Positions 1 through 7,863 of a stretch of 24,000 nucleotides of DNA are shown one piece after another (the stretch's first letter is position 1; the number at the start of each line of letters is the position of its first letter). Origin of the DNA: Comamonadaceae bacterium. Lineage in GTDB: Bacteria; Pseudomonadota; Gammaproteobacteria; Burkholderiales; Burkholderiaceae_C. Position numbers and translations under genes: made by a program. The stretch covers positions 1-24,000 of the forward strand of contig CANBUY010000003.1 in assembly GCA_947372745.1 (NCBI GenBank). Reading direction: 5' to 3'. The notes beneath the pieces are model-generated. The model searched no databases. It saw only the letters and a list, made by a program, of their open reading frames with translations, and was not told the DNA's origin.

Positions 1-716
1 GCGGCACCGGCCTTGTGTTGGGCGACACCGTCAGCTACACCCAAACCAGCGCCAACTTTGCGGACAAAAACGCAGGCCTTGGCAAAACCGTCACCGTCAG
101 CGGCATTCGCCTAAGCGGGCTTGATGGTGCCAACTACAAAGCCAACACCACTACAACCACCACCGCCAGCATCACGCCCAAGGCCATCACTGTCACCGCA
201 ATGGGCATCAACAAAGTTTATGACGCCAGCCTCAATGATGCAGTCACCCTGAAAGCCACCGGCGTGATCAGCGGCGATGTGTTTGGATTGAGCAGCGCTG
301 CGGTATTTGCCGACAAAAACGTCGGTGAATCGAAGCCGGTGACTGTCAGCGGGATCACGCTAACCGGCCTGAATGCAGGGAGCAATCCGATGAACTACAT
401 CATCCGCAACCCCATCACCAACAATAACTCCACCTCAACCACTGCCACCATCACACCCAAAGTAATCGTGGTCACCGCTGCGGGTATCAACAAAGTTTAT
501 GACGGCACGCTCAATGACGAGGTGACTTTGAAAAGCACGGGTCTCATTGAAGGCGATGTGGTGACGCTCACCAAAACGAGTGCGCTCTTTGCGACCACGA
601 CGGTGGGCACGGGCAAAGCAGTCAGTGTCAAAGGCATTGCAATAGAAGGCGCCGATGCGGGTAACTACAAGGCCAACACCACGGCGACGACTTCGGCATC
701 TATCACCGCGCCTTAA
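1..716 (+). CDS. C-terminal part of a YDG-repeat surface/hemagglutinin-like adhesin (5' truncated by window edge)
   Basis: Frame open from base 3 to TAA at 714-716. Tandem ~85-95 aa repeats with 'INKVYDASLNDAVTLKATGVISGD' / 'INKVYDGTLNDEVTLKSTGLIEGD' and 'F(A/T)(D/T)KNVG..K.VTVSGI.L.G..A.NY...ASITPK', typical of YDG-type repeats in filamentous hemagglutinin-like proteins. Confidence 0.75.
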   Translation, partial: GTGLVLGDTVSYTQTSANFADKNAGLGKTVTVSGIRLSGLDGANYKANTTTTTTASITPKAITVTAMGINKVYDASLNDAVTLKATGVISGDVFGLSSAAVFADKNVGESKPVTVSGITLTGLNAGSNPMNYIIRNPITNNNSTSTTATITPKVIVVTAAGINKVYDGTLNDEVTLKSTGLIEGDVVTLTKTSALFATTTVGTGKAVSVKGIAIEGADAGNYKANTTATTSASITAP

Positions 717-820
717 ATCTTAGATTAACAAACAGGTAAACATAACCTTCAAACCAAACCATTTCAAAACACTTCAAATACCAAAATCAACTTCATAAAT
801 CAAACCACTAAATATTCATC

Positions 821-1285
821 ATGAACTATAAATTTAAATCCCTCTTCATTGCCTCTATCTTGGCTCTGGCAACTACGCACTCATTTGCACAGACTGCACC
901 TGCAGTTGGCACCACACTCGGCGACCTTCAAAGTGCAACAACGTTCGATCAAGCCGGGATGGATACAGCTATTCGGGACTCTGTTGGAGAACTCTCTTTA
1001 AATTACGCAGGAGCCTTAACAGGAGGCGTGCCAACACTAACAAAAAGTGCTGCTGTGATCTTGCAAGTATCCGATACCAGCTTCGCATTTATTGAACAAG
1101 TAGCCATCTTAGCTACGGACCTTAATTACGCTGTAATTGATCAAACGGCCGCGGATAACAATGCTTATATCTTGCAGACGGGTTCTCAAAATTATGCTTC
1201 AATTGTTCAAGGTGGTATTGCTCCATCGGTGGCATATATATCTCAAAATGGAGCTACCAATAGAGCCATCATCAATCAAAAGTAA
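821..1285 (+). CDS. Curlin-repeat protein (CsgA/CsgB-like amyloid subunit)
   Basis: Signal peptide 'MNYKFKSLFIASILALATTHSFA'. C-terminal repeats 'NYAVIDQTAADNNAYILQTGSQNYASIVQGG...VAYISQNGATNRAIINQK' match the curlin pattern (Q-x-G-x-x-N-x-A-x-I-x-Q). Adjacent to csgEFG. Confidence 0.8.
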   Translation: MNYKFKSLFIASILALATTHSFAQTAPAVGTTLGDLQSATTFDQAGMDTAIRDSVGELSLNYAGALTGGVPTLTKSAAVILQVSDTSFAFIEQVAILATDLNYAVIDQTAADNNAYILQTGSQNYASIVQGGIAPSVAYISQNGATNRAIINQK

Positions 1286-1299
1286 AACTTGACCCCAAG

Positions 1300-1374
1300 A
1301 AAAGAACAGGAATAAACCCCTACCTCCTTGCCTGAAATACGGGGCAATAGTTGAAACTGGGGTGTTCTTTTTTT
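1300..1374 (+). terminator. Candidate intrinsic terminator/attenuator between curlin gene and csgE
   Basis: AAAAGAACA (1300-1308) is complementary to TGTTCTTTT (1363-1371), with CCCC (1317-1320)/GGGG (1359-1362) and an inner TTGCC/GGCAA stem. The arm overlaps a 7-T run (1368-1374). The structure is imperfect, with a bulge. Confidence 0.35.
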
Positions 1375-1380
1375 ATCGCC

Positions 1381-1812
1381 ATGATTACCCAAAGATTATT
1401 CCTTTCGGCACTTGCTTTTGCGGCGAGTGGGCTGGTTTGCGTGTATGCGCAATCCCTCCCGCAAGATAATGCAAAAAATAACGACAACGGCATTAGCGGC
1501 CTGATTGTCAACATGACGCGCACGCCTGACGGGCTTGATTTTTACCGCAGCTTTCTGGAGTTTTGGCGTGAAAAGCCGGACAGCGAAAGGTACTCGCTGG
1601 AGATTGGCGAGCGTTCGTCCAAGCGTTTGGGAAACCAGGTGTGGGTGATGTATGGTCAAAAACGAGTATTTACAGCCAACTTACCCTTCAAACTAGACAA
1701 GATCCGAGCCGTTAGTGAGCAGGCAGCCGACACCACGCACGAGGCCTTGATTGCCATGGCGCTGCAGCTAGACGCCCCGCGCGACCCCGACATCGCCGGC
1801 GATGAACTCTGA
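1381..1812 (+). CDS. csgE: Curli production assembly/transport protein CsgE
   Basis: Signal peptide then 'ISGLIVNMTRTPDGLDFYRSFLEFWREKPDSERYSLEIGERSSKRLGNQVWVMYGQKRVFTANLPF', a CsgE-like pattern. Same order as the curli operon, followed by csgF and csgG. An alternative TTG start at 1351 cannot be excluded. Confidence 0.88.
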   Translation: MITQRLFLSALAFAASGLVCVYAQSLPQDNAKNNDNGISGLIVNMTRTPDGLDFYRSFLEFWREKPDSERYSLEIGERSSKRLGNQVWVMYGQKRVFTANLPFKLDKIRAVSEQAADTTHEALIAMALQLDAPRDPDIAGDEL

Positions 1813-1854
1813 GGCCACCCGACGTAACCCATAACTTTTTAAAGAGACTTCTTT

Positions 1855-2301
1855 ATGTTCTATTTAAGGAATAACTTTCGCCCTGCTCTGGTTTGCCCAG
1901 CTATTTTGCTCACGCTAAGCCTTGGCGCAGGTGCCACTGAGATGGTCTACACCCCCATCAACCCCAGCTTTGGCGGCAACCCCAACAATGCACCCGGTTT
2001 GCTTTCTATAGCCCAAGTGCAAAACAGCATGCGGGCGCCGGTCGTTGTCTCTACCGTGGTGCCGCTGACGGCGGTTGAAAAATTCAGCGCCTCACTGAAT
2101 AGTTTGATTTTGAACCGCCTGGCCTCCGAAACCATGGCTACCCTGTTTGGCACCTCCTCCTTGCTTAAAGCGGGCACTTATACGGCGGGCGACTTTACGG
2201 TCACAATTTCGCAGCCGGACAGCAGCAGCAACCTGACCATCGTGACCAGCGACAAGGCTGGAAATTCATCGACTATTGAGATTGCACCAGGTACATTATG
2301 A
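1855..2301 (+). CDS. csgF: Curli assembly protein CsgF
   Basis: 'MVYTPINPSFGGNPNNAPGLLSIAQVQNS' is the CsgF hallmark (PNFGGNPNNG..LL..AQ.QN). Signal peptide present. Its stop overlaps the csgG start (ATGA). Confidence 0.92.
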   Translation: MFYLRNNFRPALVCPAILLTLSLGAGATEMVYTPINPSFGGNPNNAPGLLSIAQVQNSMRAPVVVSTVVPLTAVEKFSASLNSLILNRLASETMATLFGTSSLLKAGTYTAGDFTVTISQPDSSSNLTIVTSDKAGNSSTIEIAPGTL

Positions 2302-3368
2302 GTAGTGCAGACTTCAGCAAGTGCTTGTTGCGAGGGGTTAGCGTGCTGTGCATGGCCGTTTATTTAAGCGCCTGCGGTACAGTGCCTGCCTCCAACGTTA
2401 AATCCAATGCAAAGTTATCCCCGGTCTCGCGCATCACTCTTGATTTAGTCCAGTTGCCCAAGCCTAAAGACAAAATAGCCGTAGCGGTGTACGCCTTTCG
2501 GGACCAAACCGGGCAGTTCAAACCTTCACCTGACAGCTCGTATTCAACCTCTGTCACCCAAGGGGCCGCATCGATGTTGGTCAAGGCCCTCAACGACTCA
2601 GGCTGGTACACACCGGTGGAGCGTGAGGGCTTACAGAACCTGCTGACCGAGCGCAAGATTGTGCGCGCCATTGAGTCCACCACCGAAAAAGGCAAGCCCG
2701 CCATCAACCTGCCCGGCCTGATGCCGGCCAGCCTGATTATTGAAGGCGGTGTGATTGCTTATGAATCCAACGTGCGCACCGGCGGCAAGGGCGCCAACTA
2801 CTTAGGGATTGGTGCCAACGACTCTTACCGTATAGACCAGGTCACCGTCAACCTGCGCATGGTGGATATTCGCAGTGGGCAAGTGCTAGACACCGTGTCG
2901 GTGACCAAAACGATTTACTCCTACCAGTTCAACTCCAGCATTTATGCCTTTGTGTCTTACCAGCGCCTGCTACAAGAAGAAGCGGGTTTTACCACCAATG
3001 AGCCGGCCCAACTGGCGGTGCGCGAAGCCATAGAGTCTGCGGTCATCCACCTCACCGCACAAGGTGTGCGCGACCGGCTGCTTACCCTAGAAAGCGACGA
3101 AGATATCAATGCCCCCGTTATTCAAGCCTACTTAAAAGAGACCCAAGAGAGTGTGCGCGGCGTTCCCACACCTGAGAACGCGCCCAACATTGGGTTTACC
3201 GAACGTTCAGCAAAAAACCAACTCTCAGCCGTGCGCCCGCTCATGCCCCAAGCAGCTGACCCCACCAGCCTGAAGATATCCACCTCGCTCTCTCCGCCAC
3301 CAGAAAAGACCGTTTATGGCGACGACAGTAGTTTTTCAATGAGCGCAACGCAAGAGACATTGCGCTAA
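2298..3368 (+). CDS. csgG: Curli secretion channel lipoprotein CsgG
   Basis: Lipobox 'LSAC|G', then 'LPKPKDKIAVAVYAFRDQTGQFKPSPDSSYSTSVTQGAASMLVKALNDSGWYTPVEREGLQNLLTERKIVRA', strongly CsgG-like. Confidence 0.95.
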   Translation: MSSADFSKCLLRGVSVLCMAVYLSACGTVPASNVKSNAKLSPVSRITLDLVQLPKPKDKIAVAVYAFRDQTGQFKPSPDSSYSTSVTQGAASMLVKALNDSGWYTPVEREGLQNLLTERKIVRAIESTTEKGKPAINLPGLMPASLIIEGGVIAYESNVRTGGKGANYLGIGANDSYRIDQVTVNLRMVDIRSGQVLDTVSVTKTIYSYQFNSSIYAFVSYQRLLQEEAGFTTNEPAQLAVREAIESAVIHLTAQGVRDRLLTLESDEDINAPVIQAYLKETQESVRGVPTPENAPNIGFTERSAKNQLSAVRPLMPQAADPTSLKISTSLSPPPEKTVYGDDSSFSMSATQETLR

Positions 3369-3384
3369 ATAGGTGAATCATTTT

Positions 3385-3960
3385 ATGTTTAATAAAAATT
3401 TCTATCTTTTCCTTTGGGCAGCACTCACCATGCCATCTTTGATGTGCTCTTCAGCGTTTGCTGCAGACATCAATCCTTTTTCAGATTTAACTGCCTTTAA
3501 CTACTTTGTTGACCAGGGGGGTCTAAAGAGCATTGCTCAAATTAACCAAGATGGACCGGATAACTTCAGTGAGATCAATCAAATTTCAGACCCGAGCAGC
3601 GCTTTAGGAAATTTCGCAGAGATCTTTCAAACAGGCAGTTCCAACGAAGCCCATGTAAAGCAAGATGGCCAAATTAACAAAGTGACCATCAATCAAACAG
3701 GTACAGACAACTACGCCATCACAGACCAGGCAGGCACAGCCAACTCTATTGTTTTAACGCAATCGGGCGATGGCAATACCTTTGCAGGCAACCAATACGG
3801 AACTTTTAACAGCATTGAGGTGATCCAGCCGGGGTCGGCACTTTCTACAATCACGATCAATGGCAACCATAATGCAGTTACACTTAATCAAAAGTTTCGC
3901 GGCGAATACAACATCACGCTTACAAGTGACAACATGATCTACACCGTGACCCAGCGCTAA
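3385..3960 (+). CDS. Second curlin-repeat protein (CsgB/CsgA-like)
   Basis: AGGTGA Shine-Dalgarno-like sequence upstream of ATG 3385 (a GTG at 3373 is also open). Signal peptide 'MFNKNFYLFLWAALTMPSLMCSSAFA'. About 6 degenerate repeats such as 'NFAEIFQTGSSNEAHVKQDGQINKVTINQTGTDNYAITDQAGTANSIVLTQSG'. Ends in 'YTVTQR', resembling the CsgB C-terminus. Confidence 0.85.
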   Translation: MFNKNFYLFLWAALTMPSLMCSSAFAADINPFSDLTAFNYFVDQGGLKSIAQINQDGPDNFSEINQISDPSSALGNFAEIFQTGSSNEAHVKQDGQINKVTINQTGTDNYAITDQAGTANSIVLTQSGDGNTFAGNQYGTFNSIEVIQPGSALSTITINGNHNAVTLNQKFRGEYNITLTSDNMIYTVTQR

Positions 3961-3963
3961 GCC

Positions 3964-5604
3964 ATGTCACGCCTGCATCCCTACAAAAGTCTTCATCTAC
4001 TTTTTACCCTTCTCTCTACAGCCGCCCTCGCCGCGCCCGATGCGGGGACCTTGCTGCAGCAAATCCCCTCCCCCAATTTGCCAACGCCAGCAACCCCTGC
4101 CCAACCGCGGACAGTGGCGCCCGAAGAGCCCTTGGCACCTCAGGTTTCGGAGCGGTTTTTTGTAAAAACTATTCAGATAGCAGGCAACAAGAAAATATCG
4201 ACGGCCACCCTGCACGCCTTGGTCGCTGATGCTGAGGGAAAAAACCTGACGCTTGAAGAGCTTCAAACCGCAGTTTCCCGAATCAGCGACTACTACCAGC
4301 GCCAAGGCTACCCGCTGGCGCGCGCCATCATTCCGGCGCAAACCATCACGGATGGCTTGGTGAAGGTGCAAATCATTCTGGCTCGCTACGGCGAAATCAA
4401 AGTCAACAACACCAGTGGCGTCAGAGACCGCCTGATAGCCGCGCCACTGGCAGCCCTACAAACAGCACAAGACATAGAACAAGCCCCGCTTGACCGTGCT
4501 TTGTTGCTCATTTCAGACCTGCCTGGCATCTCGCTGAGCTCCAGCTTTACCAAGGGTGAAAGCGTCGACACGTCTGATTTTCAAATCAATGTTGCGGCCT
4601 CACCCCGTGCCTATGGTCAATTAGTGCTTGACGGCTATGGCAGCAGCTATACCGGGCGTGAACGCCTCAGTAGCACAGTGGTGTTCAACGACCCCCTAAA
4701 ACTCAGAAACAGCGACATCCTGAGCGTCAGCGTTTTAAGCTCGGGCCCAGGCATGCGCTACGGGCGCTTGTCTTACGAAGCTTTTTTAACCGGCGATGGG
4801 GTCCGCCTGGGCGGCTCCACGTCATCACTGCAATACCAGGTGCAGGGCAGCTTTGGCACTTCAGGCTCAGAGGGCTCTGCGCAAGTGAGTAGTCTTTGGG
4901 CCAAGCAAACTTTTCTCAGACAGCGCGACTTGAACCTGTATGGCCAACTCCAGTTAGACGCACTCACGCTTGCAGACACCACCTCAGAAGGCATCAACAA
5001 CCGGCGGCTGCAAAACTTCACCGTCACCCTGAATGGGGATGCCAGAGATGTACTGCTGACTGACAGAGAAAATTTCAGCACATGGAACTTGGGTGTCACA
5101 AGGGGGCGTGACTCCCGAGATTCCGAGGGTGAGTTTTTTAGGTTGAATGCCAACCTGAACCGCTTGCAGCGGCTGACAGCAACAGACAGTCTGTATTTCA
5201 ACTACACCCGGCAATGGGCCAACCGCCACCTCGACAGCTCACAACAAATGTCAGTCGCAGGCCCCAACAGCGTGCGCGCCTTTGACACGGGCGTCTCGCC
5301 CAGCGGCGATGGTGCCTCTATGCTCAACGCGGAATACCGGCGTGAACTGGGCACTATCCTGAGTGGCCAACTGACCGGGCTTGTTTTCTATGACAAAGGC
5401 GATGTCACCATCAACAAACATGGATCGGGCGAGAACAACCGTTTTACGCTAAATGGCCCTGGCCTGGGGCTGACCTGGGCAGGTCCTGATTCGTGGAGCG
5501 CCAAAGCTTTTGCGGCAACACCCACCGGAAAGGCAGCCACCGTATCGGGCGCAGGAACAGCAACAGCAACACGGCTATGGATGGAAATAGGTCGGGGGTT
5601 CTGA
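3964..5604 (+). CDS. ShlB/FhaC/HecB-family outer-membrane two-partner-secretion transporter (POTRA + beta barrel)
   Basis: Signal peptide. POTRA-like 'FFVKTIQIAGNKKISTATLHALVADAEGKNLTLEELQTAVSRISDYYQRQGYPLARAIIPAQTITDGLVKVQIILARYGEIKV'. Barrel motif 'VAGPNSVRAFDTGVSPSGDGASMLNAEYRREL'. C-terminal F. Confidence 0.9.
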   Translation: MSRLHPYKSLHLLFTLLSTAALAAPDAGTLLQQIPSPNLPTPATPAQPRTVAPEEPLAPQVSERFFVKTIQIAGNKKISTATLHALVADAEGKNLTLEELQTAVSRISDYYQRQGYPLARAIIPAQTITDGLVKVQIILARYGEIKVNNTSGVRDRLIAAPLAALQTAQDIEQAPLDRALLLISDLPGISLSSSFTKGESVDTSDFQINVAASPRAYGQLVLDGYGSSYTGRERLSSTVVFNDPLKLRNSDILSVSVLSSGPGMRYGRLSYEAFLTGDGVRLGGSTSSLQYQVQGSFGTSGSEGSAQVSSLWAKQTFLRQRDLNLYGQLQLDALTLADTTSEGINNRRLQNFTVTLNGDARDVLLTDRENFSTWNLGVTRGRDSRDSEGEFFRLNANLNRLQRLTATDSLYFNYTRQWANRHLDSSQQMSVAGPNSVRAFDTGVSPSGDGASMLNAEYRRELGTILSGQLTGLVFYDKGDVTINKHGSGENNRFTLNGPGLGLTWAGPDSWSAKAFAATPTGKAATVSGAGTATATRLWMEIGRGF

Positions 5605-5723
5605 CGCTATTTTCTGCTCGCCGAAATAGAACCTAAAAAAAGGGTTTTATCCAGCTTTAAATAAAATCACCTTGCCAGATGATGGGACTATGAACCCTAT
5701 CCCTCATCTCGGCTTTTTTGGAA

Positions 5724-5750
5724 CTATTGCATGCACAAGCCATGCAATAG
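5724..5750. repeat. Perfect 10-bp inverted repeat with 7-nt spacer in the leader of the chemosensory operon
   Basis: CTATTGCATG (5724-5733) - CACAAGC - CATGCAATAG (5741-5750), read directly from sequence. Confidence 0.6.
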
Positions 5751-5913
5751 CCCGCCAAGCCTTGGTCAATGGAATACCAGGTTTGCGCTCTCCCACTGAC
5801 GGCTGCCTATTTTTGCTCAGCTTAAGTCCCTGCATTTGCAAAGCAACGTTGCAAACAACCCCGCAATCAAAACTCTTGAGCAAGATTGTCTCACCCACCA
5901 AAAGGAGCCCCAA

Positions 5914-7833
5914 ATGGCATTGATGAAGAAGTCTTCCAGCATGACAACACCCCTCTCGACAGAGGGTGCAAAGGCATCTTCTGCCTCAACGCGAGATGCA
6001 GAGGCACAGCGCAAAAAAGCGCGAACACTGGCCAAGCAGCAGCAAGCGGCAGAACGCATTGCTGCGGCGACAGCCCAACTCTCCTCCGGCATTGACAGCG
6101 CCTCCGCTGCTGCGGAGCAGATGAAGCGGGCTTCGGACCAAATCGCCACGGGTGCTGAGGAGGCTTCTGGCGCAGCACAGGTCTCACTGGCTGCTCTTAA
6201 AAATGTAGAGGGAGCGATTGCCCGTCAATTGCAAAATGCAGACATCAGCCAGACCAAGGCAGAAGCCACTCAAACGCTGGTCGCCCAAATCAGTGGCGAA
6301 GTCGCTACGTTGGTGGAAAACGTCAGTATTGCCGCCGAACGCCAGGGCGCGTCGGTCACCATGGTGATTGAACTGGAAAAACAAGCCGCCAACATTGGCG
6401 ATATCGTCAAAGCCGTCGCGCGCATTGCTGATCAAACCAATTTATTGGCCTTGAACGCCGCCATCGAAGCGGCGCGGGCCGGACAACATGGCAAGGGCTT
6501 TGCAGTGGTCGCCGATGAAGTCCGGACCTTGGCGGAAACATCCGAGAAAAGCGCCAAACAAATCCAAGACCTGGTTGGACAAATTCAGCAAGAAGTCAAA
6601 GTGATCGCTGAAGGCATGGGAACTTCTGTCGAGCGTGTTTTAAACGAGGTGGAGAATGGGAAAAAAATCACTCTGCAACTGGAGCAAATTCGAGTTGACG
6701 CGATTGAAATCGTACGGGGCGTGCGTGAAATTGCAGTAGGTGCCCAGCAGTCCACCAATGCGGCCAAACAGGCACTGCGCGGTTCAGAAGATATCGCTGC
6801 GGCCGCTGAAGAGCAGTCTGCGGCCGCTGAAGAATCCGCCAAAACCGTGGCACAACAAAGCCAGGCACTCGCAGAGAGCATGCAAGGCTCGCAAAGCTTG
6901 GCTGAGTTGTCAGAAGACCTGAAGAACTCCACCGATGTCGCCAAAAGCGCCGAAGAAGTGGCCTCGGCCGCTGAGCAGTTGTCGTCTGCCGTGCAGGAAA
7001 TCACACGCTCCGGCGCCCAAATCATGGCCGCTTTGGACCAAATTCTTAAAGGCGCGCAAGTGCAGTCTGCGGGCACTGAAGAAGTGGCAGCCGCCATTTC
7101 CCAGATCGAAAAGGGCACTGAAGTTGCCCAAAAACTTGGCAAGACCAGTGGCGAAAAAGTCACCGCCATCAAGAGTTTGCTAGACATCAACAAGATCAGC
7201 ATCGACAGCTTGGTCACCGGCATTTCATCGTCAGTGGATGCCTCACGCGACAGTCTAAAACAGATCAAAGAGCTTGAACTGGTGTCGCGCCGTATTGACA
7301 AAATTGTTGATGCCATCACCACCGTCTCCATTCAAACCAATATGCTGGCCGTGAATGGCTCGATTGAAGCCGCCCGTGCCGGTGAATTCGGCAAGGGTTT
7401 TGTGGTGGTCGCCACCGACATTCGCAACTTGGCCCACGATTCGGCTGAAAATGCCGACCGCATCAAAGACTTGGTGCGCTCGGTGCAAGACCAAATCGGC
7501 ATTGTCGGACGTGACCTCAATGAGATCATGGCCACTGCATCGGCAGCCGCTGAAAAGGCCAAATCGATTACTTCCAGTCTGATCGCCATTGAAACTGACA
7601 TTGGTGCGGTGGACGTGGGCACCCGCGAAATTTTGACGGCAGCCAACGAGATTGCTGGCGCTATTACCCAAGTTAAAGCGGGTGTGGACCAAATCTCTGC
7701 CGCTGCCCAGCAGGCCGATAAAGCGGCCAACGAAGCCGCCACAGTCGCCAAGCAGCAGTCACAAGCCTCGGAGCAGTTATCGGCCGCGGTTGAGGAAATC
7801 GCCTCGCTCGCTGACGAACTTCAAAGCGCATGA
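5914..7833 (+). CDS. Soluble methyl-accepting chemotaxis protein with two tandem signaling (MCP) hairpin tips
   Basis: AAGGAG about 7 nt before ATG 5914 (the ORF is open from 5836). Two receptor-tip signatures: 'ADQTNLLALNAAIEAARAGQHGKGFAVVADEVRTLAE' (~6.43-6.55 kb) and 'SIQTNMLAVNGSIEAARAGEFGKGFVVVATDIRNLAHDS' (~7.33-7.45 kb). No transmembrane segment, HAMP or periplasmic domain. Long Ala/Gln/Glu coiled coil. Confidence 0.92.
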   Translation: MALMKKSSSMTTPLSTEGAKASSASTRDAEAQRKKARTLAKQQQAAERIAAATAQLSSGIDSASAAAEQMKRASDQIATGAEEASGAAQVSLAALKNVEGAIARQLQNADISQTKAEATQTLVAQISGEVATLVENVSIAAERQGASVTMVIELEKQAANIGDIVKAVARIADQTNLLALNAAIEAARAGQHGKGFAVVADEVRTLAETSEKSAKQIQDLVGQIQQEVKVIAEGMGTSVERVLNEVENGKKITLQLEQIRVDAIEIVRGVREIAVGAQQSTNAAKQALRGSEDIAAAAEEQSAAAEESAKTVAQQSQALAESMQGSQSLAELSEDLKNSTDVAKSAEEVASAAEQLSSAVQEITRSGAQIMAALDQILKGAQVQSAGTEEVAAAISQIEKGTEVAQKLGKTSGEKVTAIKSLLDINKISIDSLVTGISSSVDASRDSLKQIKELELVSRRIDKIVDAITTVSIQTNMLAVNGSIEAARAGEFGKGFVVVATDIRNLAHDSAENADRIKDLVRSVQDQIGIVGRDLNEIMATASAAAEKAKSITSSLIAIETDIGAVDVGTREILTAANEIAGAITQVKAGVDQISAAAQQADKAANEAATVAKQQSQASEQLSAAVEEIASLADELQSA

Positions 7834-7863
7834 TGCGCCAGTCCATGCACTTAGGAGAACGCT

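Noticed and set aside
1320-1523. 67-aa minus-strand ORF over the csgE start
   Set aside because: Antisense to csgE signal peptide region, no coding support.
5605-5645. Possible terminator after the TpsB gene (AACC-TAAAAAAAG-GGTT)
   Set aside because: Only a 4-bp stem and weak U tract. Not convincing without folding or RNA data.
5836-5913. N-terminal extension of the MCP ORF (MQSNVANNPAIKTLEQDCLTHQKEPQ)
   Set aside because: ATG 5914 has a good AAGGAG ribosome-binding site at proper spacing. The upstream segment overlaps palindromic leader DNA.
5672-5923. 83-aa ORF in the leader of the MCP gene
   Set aside because: No ribosome-binding site, no domain-like composition, and it overlaps the real MCP start. 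The region is better explained as regulatory/5' UTR with inverted repeats.
6585-7331. 248-aa ORF on minus strand inside the MCP gene
   Set aside because: Antisense mirror of an Ala/Glu-rich coiled-coil gene. Serine-rich low-complexity translation, typical GC-rich shadow ORF.
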